Assembly: GCA_951804945.1 (NCBI GenBank)
Contig: OX638149.1
Span: forward strand, 63,302,001-63,366,000
Source: Podarcis cretensis
Lineage: Eukaryota
Length of the DNA stretch: 64,000 nucleotides
Reading direction: 5' to 3'
Numbering within the stretch: the first letter of the stretch is position 1; every line of letters starts with the position of its first letter. The translations under genes and the position numbers were made by a program. The notes below the pieces were generated by a model, which was given only the letters and a program-made list of their open reading frames with translations, had not been told where the DNA came from and searched no databases. Shown here piece by piece: positions 50,501 through 61,969 of this stretch.

Positions 50501-53500
50501 AAATAAGAGAATGAAGCATTGACAGATTCTCCCGTCCTTAGTTCAGTGTTCCAAGCAAATGGTTAAAGAGAGTCACCTTCTCTCAGAAAACAGCCACTTG
50601 GAGCACATTTGGGTCAAATCCAGTTGTAAGTCTGTTTTGGTCACATCTGTACCACTTCACCCACATGCAGCTTGAATAGGCCTAATCTATTGCTGGGGAT
50701 GAGGAAATACCATTTAAAAATAAATAGGTAAAGTACTGGAGGTTGCATATTGTGACTACTCCAAGGTCACTAAGAGATTTAGCTACATGTCTGCTATCCC
50801 AAGTGCTCTTGGACTTCAAGTCCCATCATCCCTGGCTGCTAGCCATGTTGGCTGGGGCTGATGGGAGCTGAAGTCCAACAAAATCTAGAGGGCACCAGGT
50901 GGAGGATGGTTGGTCTACTATAATGCTGAGGTTAAAAAATAAAGTTTTTATTTCTGACTTTTTTATTTTATTTCTCTCTCATCCCATAAAATATCTCCCA
51001 TGAATGTTGTGTGCATTTCCTGCTAGAAAAATGTGGGAACCTTAATCTGGCCTGCACAAGTCTCATTTATTGCTTATTGTTTTCTTTAGGACTCTGAGGA
51101 AATTACTGGCATTAACAATCCTAAACATGCTTGCTCTGCTTCTGTTTGCACTGAGGCTTCTTCAGTACTATCAGTTCGGTGTTTCAGTTCAAAGTGTTTT
51201 AGATCTGATCCTTTATCTCAGGCATTCACACAACAACTTGTGTTGTAGGTAGGACATTGTAAAGCCAGGACCTTGATTCATTTCAGAGTCCTAGAAATAT
51301 AAAGTTCTATGCCACAAGGTGGTTGTGTGGATGCATCAGATAAAGGCTCATATCTAAAGTAAAATGGCTTTTTTCCTCCTTCTTTCAAAACAAGTTTCAG
51401 AGGCCCTTGACACTGCTCTGTGCACTATGTAATCTATTCAAAAGAAGAAAAGACACTAATGAGCACACAAGTGAAGATCATGGCACATATGAGCATAATT
51501 CAACATTCTGCCCATTCTCTTCCATGAAAACTCCTTTATACATACATTTGAATTGCATATACCCAACACATTTCTTTGCTCATAAAGGAAGAAGAAAGTA
51601 CTACAGGCATAGGCAATGAACATATTTCAAAGCCAATGAATCATGACCGTAAAAGCTTACAGAAATTATTATTACTAAATATATATATATAATATAATAG
51701 GGAAAGCAAATAGAGTGAGAAACTATTATAAGGTATGAATAGAAGACAGAATCTAAAGAATTAAGATTTGGTGATAACATCAGGAATTATAGCTTCTTGG
51801 CATGCACTCAACATAACACTGACTTGATGAGGACAAATAAAGAAAAAATATAATGAAAAAGTATAAAGAAAATGTTGGTAATAACTTCAGCTGAAATTGG
51901 ATTTTATGTTGGAACAAGCCTATCTGTCATATAAAGTTCCTTGGAGGTTTTAATGATCATAAACATTGAGATTCAGCTTTCAGTTTCATCTTTCAGTTAA
52001 TATCACCATTAAAATACTCCTCCCTGATAGTTTTTTTTAAAAAATGTTTCTGCTAGCTAGCAGTTCTAACCTGATGCGTCACTGGGGCCAAGGACTCAAA
52101 GCTACTGCATTTGAAGGGCAGAAAGATGACATTATGCTTGCAATGAGGGGGGATTTGCGTACATGGCCATATTTAAGAATTGGATATATGTTAGTTCTCA
52201 AATGGAGGGCATCATGCATATAGCAGTCGTACATATGTTCCTTGGGCAGAGTGGTGAGGTGCGAAGGAGGCCACAGCTCCTGGGCCTTTAACAGGGGCAT
52301 AGGATTTCATAGGGCATTCATACTGTGGAAAATTAGCTTGCTATTTTAAAAGCATCAGTTCAAACAAAGCATAGACCTGGTATAAAATGATTAAGGGCAG
52401 CATAGAAGGGTATGCCTCAGTCCAAGTTTCAACTTTCCATTCAATAGAAAACCAGTTAAAAGCTCGTTTCAGGTTTTTCTTTTCCTTTCCTTTAAAACTT
52501 CCACATGGGTCACTGTCCTTTGCTTACTTCTCACTTAATCACCACCTATTGTCTACTCTCCTGACAAAAAAACACATCCATTTCATGGGGCTAAACTGAC
52601 CTAAAACCACCTTGCTTTCAAATTCCTACTCACTGGATTTGGGTGAGCCCAGTAGTTGAACCACACCTACTTTTGTCTTTCTATCAATTACTGGCTGCAT
52701 GAACAGCTGAGGGAAGCTAGCCAGGCTACAAATGCAGAACAATGCAAATTTAGAGCCAGAGGTAAGCTTCTGATGGTGAAGTGTCTCTTTAAGAATGGGG
52801 TACTTGACTAGGTGAGCCTTTGGGCTGGTCCAGCACGACTTTTCTTATGCCAGGCTTTGTCAGGGAATTTCCATTTGCCCTTGATACCTCCCTCAGAATG
52901 ATGTAATGGCCTATATATTGGCTTGAGGGGGCTAATACAACCCACAGACTCCCCACTCTGAAAGACATAAAATAGTGGACCTATAGTGGTTTAATTTTTC
53001 AAGTCACACCACCTCCTTTCATGGGACCCTAGTGTGTATTAGCACCATTTAAGAATGACTGTTTCGGAAGCACAAGATCCCCAGTCCCCATTGAAAGATT
53101 AACCTGATACAGCCTTTCAAAATTTGCAAAAAATAAAGCAGTTATGCTTCAGTTACCTCCTCTGTCTTTCTATAGCCAGAGACATACCACGAACTAAAGC
53201 AAGCAACTACACATCAGTCACGCTGCATATACACACTTTTAAATTACTCATTTTTTCCTCCCTTCTAAATTAACTAAATTAAGTATAAAAACCTAACTGG
53301 AAATCCCATGCCAGAAGTTTTAAGAAAGTGTTAGGATAAGCACAATTCTTGCTGAGAATAGTTTTTGTGGAAGAGACATCAATCTAACAGTTAAGGCAGT
53401 AATTCAGTATCGAGTGAGGAAAGACTGGGACATATTTTATTAGCTTCAGTTCGTGAATATAATTTTGTACTGCTCATAATTCAAAGGAGATTTGAAAACT

Positions 53501-53869
53501 TCAGCCAGATTTCCAAGTGCTGGGAAACTGACTTGTTTCCATTACCTGTAATTCTTATCAATCTTTTGTGTTGCTAAACTTCCCACCTCCCACTACATTA
53601 GGCTAGTGTAGCACCACCTGCAATTCATTCTGAGCATGCCACAACATCTTCACTGTGGCTACACAAGTTATGGTAAACCTCCAGTCAAACGACTGCAATG
53701 TATGGTGCATGGAGCTGCCACTTGTTCAACACAGACTACTAAATGGAACTGAGCATCAGTGTCATATGATGCCAGTGTCTGAAAAGGCTCTACTGGCTTC
53801 CCAGTGTGTTTTCATCCTCAGTTCAAAGTGCTGATGCTTAATGTGGCGTTTGCCCACTCATTATGGAGA

Positions 53870-54252
53870 TGTCGTACTGGGGGGGGGGGGAGAGAGAGAA
53901 AGTGTTAACAGGCTGAGCAATAAGAAAGCCCAGGGGCAGAGCCTAACTGTGTTTAAGGCTCAACACAGGGGTTTTGGCAGTTAGTTCGGATGTTTTCGTG
54001 TGGGTGGGAGGCATAGGAGTCAGAGTGAGTTAGAGACAGAGGGGAGACAGAGAGAGTGAATCGGATTACAGTGTTTCAAAGTATTTAAAACTTGTTTGCG
54101 TTCACAATAAACTGGAATCTTTGTTAATACGTTACAACCTGACTGAATCTGAATATATTATCGGGGAAACCTGGTTTGGGGCAGTGGAAGAGATAAGCCA
54201 TGGTGGTGCAGGGTCAATAGTCTGTGGAACGACCGGGGGCCTTGTGCAAACA
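53870..54252 (+). mobile_element. Possible solo LTR
   Basis: TGT...ACA ends, TTTAA followed later by AATAAA (about 54106), and some CpG retention. No TSD found. Confidence 0.3.
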
Positions 54253-54420
54253 CCACACTCACCTTCATGTCAAAGTCCTTCATGCCTTATGGTCCAGCTT
54301 GGACCATCTCCTCCTGAACTAGTCCATCCTGTTACTGAATCATTCCCTGACTTCCCCTGCTTTCTGTAGAGCAGTGGTTAGTGACAGAACCCTTTACAGT
54401 TTGGTGTTCTGCATTTCAAA

Positions 54421-54740
54421 TGGATCAAACCTATCCATTTTTAATGAAATCAGTCCTGAGTGCTCACTGGAAGGACGGATCGTGAAGCTGAGGCTCCAAT
54501 ACTTTGACCACCTCACGAGAAGAGAAGACTCCCTGGAAAAGAACCTGATGTTGGGAAAGATGGAGGGCACAAGGAGAAGGGGACGACAGAGGACTAGATG
54601 GTTGGACAGTGTACTCAAAGCTACCAGCATGAGTTTGACCAAACTGTGGGAGGCAGTGGAAGATAAGGAATGCTTGGCGTGCTCTGGTCAATGGAGTCAC
54701 GAAGAGTCAGACACGACTAAACAACTAAACAACAACAACA
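54421..54740 (+). mobile_element. 5'-truncated BovB (3' end)
   Basis: Encodes SNLSIFNEISPECSLEGRIVKLRLQYF and has a (CAA)n tail. The 8-bp TSD ATTTCAAA is at 54413-54420 and 54741-54748. Confidence 0.95.
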
Positions 54741-55563
54741 ATTTCAAACACACTTACCCGGGGTGCTCCCCTGTTGACTATGCTGATGCCATTTTGGCAC
54801 CAGGCAAAGGCCTTACTTTCTGAGCCTTTTAAACCTTGTAAGCCTATGTGAACTTTATATCTGCTATGATTTATTTCTGATGCTTTGTCTGCTTCTTTAT
54901 GCTGCCTTTTCATTTATTTTATGAGATTGTATCGATTCTGTTATTGTGGCTCACTGTGGGAACACCAGGAGCTAAAAGTACAGGTAATATATTTAAATAA
55001 GTATATACATAAAACATATAAAAAGTGTTTAATGTACAAAACACTTTACGGTTACTAAATGTGAAAAGAGGTATACAACATCTGTAGTGTTCCTCTTCAT
55101 AAGACCTCTGTTCAGAAAGGTTGTTTTTTTTAAAGTATCTGGTAATAAAAAGGTGGATGGTTAATTCAAGTTTAGAAAGTAGTGTTTTGAAGGACTTTGG
55201 CTCAAACTGGGATATAAAGTTTTACAAGACTTTTTCTATATATAAAAAAGGTGAGAGCCTCTGGGGTGATTAAGATTAATTGTGCTGGAGTTTTGGAACA
55301 GAACAATTTATACCTAGAACTAGAAATTTTTAAAAGTAAAGAATAACAGTTTAGATTAAAACTTTATCTGGGTTTTGATAGAGATATGGTGGTGAGGATT
55401 TCTGGAAATATGCTTTTTGTGACAGAAAAAACGGATTGAGAACCAGAGGCTTACCAGCTAAATACAAAAATTTCTGTTTGGAATATTTCTATACAGTATT
55501 TCTAATTGGAAAATAGTTTGATATCCTCTGTTATATATACCCAAGCTGAAAGAATGCATGTTG

Positions 55564-55565
<2 letters not shown>

Positions 55566-55619
<54 letters not shown>
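55566..55619. repeat. Compound (GT)n(GA)n microsatellite
   Basis: Seen directly. Confidence 0.98.
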
Positions 55620-56322
55620 ACATGAACATCCTATTCCTATTCAGTCTTAAATCTATTAAATAGAAAGCCCTACACAAATCTTCTTCATTCTTTTGAGGAG
55701 TGGTATAAAGTATCCTAACCTTCAGAGTATTTTATTTTTCTAAAAGGAAGCTTGAGCAACCATACGTGGGTTTTTTTTTTTTTTGCAGGGGGGAGAATAA
55801 CATTTCATTATCTTTATTTTACTTGAGGTGCCAATTTACTGAACCAAATGCACCAGCACAGCAAGGGATGATAACAGTGGAATCTTCTAATCTGTTCAAA
55901 TGTAGCTAACAAATTTGGCAACATGACGATTTTTGTGGGGGGACCAATTGCGCTTTGTAGATTAATTTCCTTCAAAACAGAGGCAATAACTGCAGGGTTG
56001 GAGTCTGAAAATATTAATTTGGTACTTCATAGTCTACAAAATCCATCACATAAATTGTAATCAGATTTGTCAGAGCCATTTTTCTTTTCAAAGGCAACAT
56101 TTTAAAGCTTTTCTGCAAGCACAACTCAGCTTTCATTGCTTTTTCTATTATGGGAAGCTTATTTCAACACTGCTGCTGAGGCAATGGAGTACGCCCTCCT
56201 CCAATTGTTGTTATTTCAGTTATAACATAACCATGCATTCTTTTATGTAGACTAGCTGGCTTTTCAAGCACTTTTATCTGTTTTCACCCTGGAAGCCCAG
56301 CCAGTAAGGGCCTGGGTGCAAG

Positions 56323-56648
56323 CAGTGGTTTTTTTCCATAATTTTTTAAAAAAATGTTTAGTGGTACTCTCATTTTGACTCAAGAAAAACACCATTTTAT
56401 AGTTCAAATTGGGAAAAATAAACACAGTAAATACAATGAAACTGACTAGATTTCAACTCCTACTTCACACATTAAACACTAACTTCCATCCAAAACTAAG
56501 GAAACACCATTATAGGAAATGAGGCTGCCATCAGGGGTAGCAACGGAACTGACGTTTCACCGTGCTAGAGAACAAACTAAAAAATCTAGTTTAATCTCCT
56601 GTTATATGCACAAAATGTACCCCTGCAATCCCTCAGAAAAAAGCACTG
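56323..56648. mobile_element. DNA-transposon MITE
   Basis: TIRs CAGTGGTTTTTT / AAAAAAGCACTG. TSD not evident. Confidence 0.6.
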
Positions 56649-56857
56649 GGCACCTTTGCAGGTGAAGGACATTTCTGGAGGTGAGATGGGCTGTGGGGCA
56701 CAGAGTGGAGAGATGCTAATCTTTGTAAAGCTGGAACCATGACCAACCTACCATTCTAGCACTCTTGATCCATACTCTTTGAGCATTACCAGGGCTGGCT
56801 TGCAAAGATCAGCATCCTCCCACTCTGTCCTGTGATGAGGTTAAAAAAAAAAGAAGA

Positions 56858-57227
56858 TAAAGGATTCATGGACAGTTAAGTCCAGTCAAAGGCGACTATG
56901 AGGTGTGGCACTCACCTTGCTTCAGGCCGAAGGATCCGGCGTTTGTTCACAGACAGCTTTCCGGGTCATGTGGCCAGCATGGCTAAACCGCTTCTGGTGC
57001 AATGGAACACTGTGGCAGAAGCCAGAGCGCACGAAAACACTGTTTACCTTCCCACCGCAGCAGTACCTATTTATCTACTTGCACTAGTGTGCTTTCAAAA
57101 TGCTAGGTTGGCAGAAACTGGGATAGAGCAATGGGAGCTCACCCCATTGCGCAGATTTGAACCACCAACCTTCTGATCAGCAAGCCCAAGAGACTCAGTG
57201 GTTTAGACCAAAGTGCCACCTGCCCCT
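56858..57227 (-). mobile_element. Sauria SINE (older copy)
   Basis: Homologous along its length to 5117-5477 (cttccgggtcatgtggccagcatg, tacctatttatctacttgcac, ctaggttggcag). Confidence 0.9.
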
Positions 57228-57717
57228 CTGATACTTGTGTGCAGGCCCTTACAGTGCAGTCCTGTATCTGATGGTCTGTTGGAGGATAGCCCTCTATTTG
57301 AAGCTATCCTCTATTTGAAGGGCTGTATGGTCCTTGTCCAATATAAAGCTAATTAACAATTAGAGGGGAGAGCAGGGACCATCAGTTGTCCATCAGTAAC
57401 TGGACAGCATGTATGAGCATGCAGAAAGCAGGCAGATCAGGCACACAGGTCACCAGCTCACATTCTCTCACACAAGGATGAAAGACATTGGAGTTCCATT
57501 TAAACTGTACTCATTATTCCCTGATTTGCATTGGCACTTAGAAAGTAACGTGTGCACATTTTATGCAAATCTGTGGCCTCTCTTTGGGCAATGTGTACAT
57601 GGCCACCCAGTGCAATGACCATTGCCTTGGTGTGTTTAGTGATGTGGTGGGAAAATTATGCTGATTAGATAGAATGAAGGTAAAGTCATGCTGGTGGAGA
57701 TTATTCATACAACAGAC

Positions 57718-57886
57718 ATGTGCATCTGCAAAAACACAACATCCAACTTGCAGGCTGTATTTACAGTTGTCACATTGTCAGGGAACCAGAACCATGTCTT
57801 TTTGCCCTGTCTCTTGCCCTCCATGGATTGGTTCAATTTGTAAAGAGAGCCTGCACGTTGGATGTTGTATTTTTGCAGATGCACAT
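57718..57886. repeat. Long inverted repeat (48-bp arms, 44/48 complementary, 73-bp spacer)
   Basis: Direct comparison of 57718-57765 with the reverse complement of 57839-57886. Confidence 0.9.
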
Positions 57887-58324
57887 ATCAGTCGTACACA
57901 CATCTTTCGGGGGGAGACAGAACGGAAGACAATTCATATAGCAAAGCAACGAGGAGGAATGTAAATCTGTTGTTGAAGAAGTAGTAAGCCCCTAGACATC
58001 AATACTTCTGTGAAAACATGCCTACTCAGAAGCAAGGTCCAGAGAGTTCAGTGGAACTTCACTTATGTCTAGCCAAACATGAGTTGACAGCCTAAGTCTC
58101 TTTCACTGGGATTTTCAGAAACAGTGTTGCAGGCAACGACCTTGCCAATACATAAGAAAACAAACAAACAAAGCATAATCCTGACATGCTCCTCTCCATG
58201 AAAAGCAGTTTTGTGTACAGACACCACGCCTGAAGTTTTTCCCTAACCGTTTGCTAATGTCTGCTGTTGTTGGAGACTCAGCTACGATGACCAGCTGAAA
58301 AACAGAAATTATGTAGGAAGTGGA

Positions 58325-58363
58325 TCTTTCTTTCTTTCTTTCGATCTTTCTTTCTTTCTTTCG

Positions 58364-58412
<49 letters not shown>

Positions 58413-58414
58413 TC
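58325..58414. repeat. (TTTC)n microsatellite with GATC interruptions
   Basis: Seen directly. Confidence 0.98.
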
Positions 58415-59335
58415 GGCACTCCTTCCTTATAAAAAGAAATGCAGCCCCAAAGAATTTTAAGCAAAGAAGCAACAAAGCGTGTGGGCAGGCTGCTTAACCC
58501 TTTCATCATCTCCAAATTAACTCCCCTGGTTTTCTCTCCTGAATGATTTAACACACATTTTCAATGAGGGAGATACGTTTGGAATTTAGCAGTGGAAGTT
58601 GTTGGGTGACGGTGATGAGCCTGTCACTTCCAACTTCATTGCTCTGCTTAGATTTTTTCCTTTCCTCCTGAGTTGCCTTTGTTATGAGAAAGCAAAATAA
58701 AAATGGGGATACGCATATTATTAGCACAGACTACACCATTTGCCATTGAAGAGAACTAGTGCTTTGCGGCTGCAGAAAACACATTATTTAAAATGCTTAT
58801 TTTAAAAATAGCGATGATCTAATTTCTAACATGGAGTGAAATACAATTTAAAAATTAAGAGATGGAAGGGTTATTTCCCTGGTTGCAGAGCTGCCCACTT
58901 GGAGTAGGGAAGGAAAGAATCAGATCAGAACTGCAAGATGAAAGTCCCTGGGATTCCTATGCAGCTGAAAAGGCAGGTGGTGGTAATTGCAGGCCAATGT
59001 GAGAAATGTTAAAAGGTTAACCAAAACAAACAAACATACAAAGAGTAAAAAGGGCTTTCTTAGACATCATTTTAAAAAACATGATAAGCTACATTGTTTT
59101 CAGTTTAGTTTTTGGCTCAAGCAAGAACTTTTACTTATTGATTGAAATAACAACCAGCCCTTGAATATTTCTTTTTCTTCACTGCTGATTGAACACTGGC
59201 CGTTTCTTAGCCCTTACCCTTAAATCCTAAGGTTATGTACAGAGGTAAATAAAAGAGTTAATGCTCTTATTATTTTCTAACTACCAGCAACAAAGTTTGA
59301 AGTTGAGCATATTCTTCTTCCTATATTATTACATA

Positions 59336-59524
59336 CAGTGGTACCTCAGGTTACAAACGCTTCAGGTTACAGACTCCGCTAACCCGGAAGTAATATCTCA
59401 GGTTAAGAACTTTAGCTCAGGATGAGAACAGAAATCGTGCAGTGGTGGCGCAGCGGCAGTGGGAGGCCCCATTAGCTAAAGTGGTACCCCAGGTTAAGAA
59501 CAGTTTCAGGTTAAGAACGGACCT
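59336..59524. mobile_element. Truncated Tc1/mariner MITE, same family as 35668
   Basis: The left TIR and TA are present and the sequence is collinear with 35668 up to GGACCT, where it is fused to YR-element sequence. The right TIR is absent. Confidence 0.88.
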
Positions 59525-59531
59525 TAATTTC

Positions 59532-59588
59532 ATTAAGGATCTGGGCCGGTGGAAGTCGGACACGTTCAGAGGTTATGTACGGAAATGA
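59532..59588 (+). pseudogene. Tyrosine recombinase C-terminal remnant (box II: GRW-S...Y)
   Basis: ATT AAG GAT CTG GGC CGG TGG AAG TCG GAC ACG TTC AGA GGT TAT GTA CGG AAA TGA translates to IKDLGRWKSDTFRGYVRK*. This is the GRWxS...Y catalytic-tyrosine motif of DIRS/Ngaro recombinases. Confidence 0.8.
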
Positions 59589-59599
59589 TGTGATTTTGT

Positions 59600-60202
59600 G
59601 TGCTTACGTTTCTTGTTTTCACCCTAGGTCCAGCTGCTATACGCATCTGGATAGTGGGGCACAGTATTGTACATTGGGCTGCTAGCAGAGCTCGACAGTC
59701 CGGATTGGTTGATGGCCTTGGCCTTCCGCAGCACGTGCGGGTGTCCTGGATCTCCAGAAGGGGGATGCTGTGGAAGGAACTTCTACCGCTTATGCAGAGG
59801 CGTGTTCTCATGGAAGGCCCTCCTACGGCGATTGTGGTGCAGCTCGGGGAAAATTATATGGTTTCCTCTTCCTGTTATGTTCTGCGTGCTGTTATGTTGC
59901 AAGATTTGAGGGAATTGGCAGCCATGGTGCCCGCAACTAAAATAATTTGGTCACAGTTGCTTCAACGCCACAATTGGTGGGGTAGTCCCTGTTCAGCTGC
60001 CACTGAATGGGTTAGAAAGTGGATTAATTCTGCAGTGAGCAAGTTGGTGGTTGATTTGGGTGGGTTTGTGATTCTGCACCCTCTTATTACCTTCAAAGCC
60101 ACTGAATTCTATAGGATGGATGGGGTTCATCTTTCATCAGTTGGGAATGATGTTTGGTTCAATTCGGTGGTGGACAAGTTGAGGGTGTGTTTGAGTTTGT
60201 GA
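59600..60202 (+). CDS. SGNH/GDSL-type hydrolase ORF of the YR retroelement
   Basis: Block I IWIVGHSIVHW, block II RRGMLW, block III VQLGEN(Y) and block V DGVH. Open for 200 codons with no ATG near the start. A splice acceptor falls at 59627/59628. Confidence 0.85.
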   Translation: MLTFLVFTLGPAAIRIWIVGHSIVHWAASRARQSGLVDGLGLPQHVRVSWISRRGMLWKELLPLMQRRVLMEGPPTAIVVQLGENYMVSSSCYVLRAVMLQDLRELAAMVPATKIIWSQLLQRHNWWGSPCSAATEWVRKWINSAVSKLVVDLGGFVILHPLITFKATEFYRMDGVHLSSVGNDVWFNSVVDKLRVCLSL

Positions 60203-61367
60203 GTGGTTGGCGGCGAGCGTAAGGGCTCGAGTGGCGGTTAGGTATTGGTTTAAATTGGTTGGTGGAGGGGTATGGATTGGCTGTGCCTGCCCCTCCAATG
60301 CTGCTGCTGTATGGGAATTCCGTTAAAGGAATTCAGGGGCTTACCATCCTTTCGTCCAAACCCCTGGAATCGGGTTTGGGCCATGTAAGCCCCTAGGAGC
60401 ATGCGGGGAGAAGCTGAGGGTCTGTGCCGCAGCTCCAGTTATCCCTGATCTTGTTCCTCCACACTGGCTTTCGCTGGAATCCAGGAGCCAGTGCTGTCCC
60501 CAAGGCGGGGGGGGGGGGGGGGAGGACGACGGGACAGATAGTCATAACAAATGCCTAAGCAACCACTCACAATTTGTATGTTAATAAAGTTGTGGCCAAA
60601 ATTATGCCAAAAACCTTAAACAAAAATTCATGTGTGATGTGTGAGTTATTGGGGTAAGAGTGTTTTGGGGGACCTCAGCACGCAACCCTTGTGGACATTC
60701 AAGAATCCAAACTCCATGCCACTGCCTTTAAATGCTCTCATGACATGCCAGATGATACTTGAAGCCCTGCTCATGCATTACAACAATGAATTAGGGCAAG
60801 ACATAAATTCGCTAATGTGCAGTTAATCACTAAGGAACAAGAAGACACATTCCTCAGACTGTGCTAGCTGCATGCAAATGAAACAGAACAAGGATGCAGA
60901 AGGGAAGAACAATACAGAGAATGAGAGAAAATGATGCTGACTCATGCCCACCCTCTCAAATTTTTGATGGTTGAGCCTTTACTAGTCATCCAGTGGCCTT
61001 TATTTTATTAATGTCCTTCCATCATCAAAGTCTATTCTGATCTGCTATGGCTGGTGTGCTAGCTAACTTGCACAGATGTGGATACCGGTTGACTTTCAAA
61101 GCACCCTAACTTACTCCTTTCAGGTTTTTCTACATAGAGCTGATATATTGGTCAGGAAGCTAGTCATGCACATCATTCTGAATTCCCACAAAGGCACAAG
61201 TACTTTGCAAGCAATTGTTTCAAAATCTGAATTTATAGCTCATAAAGATGGTGATATGCTGATATTTGAATTGGCCCATGATAGAGAAGGCTGTTTTTGA
61301 CCTACTTATTCTACCATGGCTCCCAAATATTTCTCATGATGTGCACCTACACTTCCACTGTCTATGA

Positions 61368-61440
61368 CAGGCATCCCCAAACTCGGCCCTCCAGCTGTTT
61401 TGGGACTACAACTCCCATCATCCCTAGCTAACAGGACCAG
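61368..61440. mobile_element. Left half of a palindromic 'GGACTACAACTCCCATCA' MITE, cut by BovB
   Basis: Same family as the more complete copies at about 2231-2360, 13880-14010, 24784-24880, 46205-46340 and 50790-50910. Confidence 0.7.
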
Positions 61441-61769
61441 TTGTTGTTGTTTAGTCGTTTAGTCGTGTCCGACTCTTCGTGACCCCATGGACCCCATGGA
61501 CCAGGAGTGCCACGCCAGGCACTCCTGTCTTCCACTGCCTCCCGCAGTTTGGTCAGACTCATGTTTGTGGCTTCGAGAACACTGTCCAACCATCTCGTCC
61601 TCTGTCGTCCCCTTCTCCTTGTGCCCTCAATCTTTCCCAATGACAGGGTCTTTTCCAGGGAGTCTTCTCTTCTCATGAGGTGGCCAAAGTATTCGAGCCT
61701 CAGCTTCATGATCTGTCCTTCCAGTGACCACTCAGGGCTGATTTCCTTCAGAATGGATGCGTTTGATCT
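61441..61769 (-). mobile_element. 5'-truncated BovB (3' end)
   Basis: Matches the full-length 3' end (KLRLEYFGHLMRREDSLEK), with a (CAA)n tail and a small internal duplication ACCCCATGG x2. No TSD seen. Confidence 0.95.
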
Positions 61770-61969
61770 GAGAGTGTGAGACAGGAAGTCTCAGTACTGT
61801 TGGTGTATTGTTGTAAGTTAGTTTCACTTCTGTGTGTGATGCTTTTCTGTACAGCTGCTGAGAGAGCACAGACATGCTGATGGACTCTTTGTATATAGAC
61901 TGTAAAATAAAGTAGTTTAGAGCTACTGATTGACTCTTTCTTCTGCTATGATATGCCAGAAGACAAGTG

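Larger units (their letters stand above)
59525..60687 (+). mobile_element. 3' portion of a tyrosine-recombinase retrotransposon (Ngaro/DIRS group)
   Basis: YR C-terminus (IKDLGRWKSDTFRGYVRK*), then an SGNH ORF, then a structured 3' region with AATAAA at 60583 and terminus ...GGGGACCTCAGCACGCAACC shared with the copy at 41990. No TSD seen. Confidence 0.85.
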
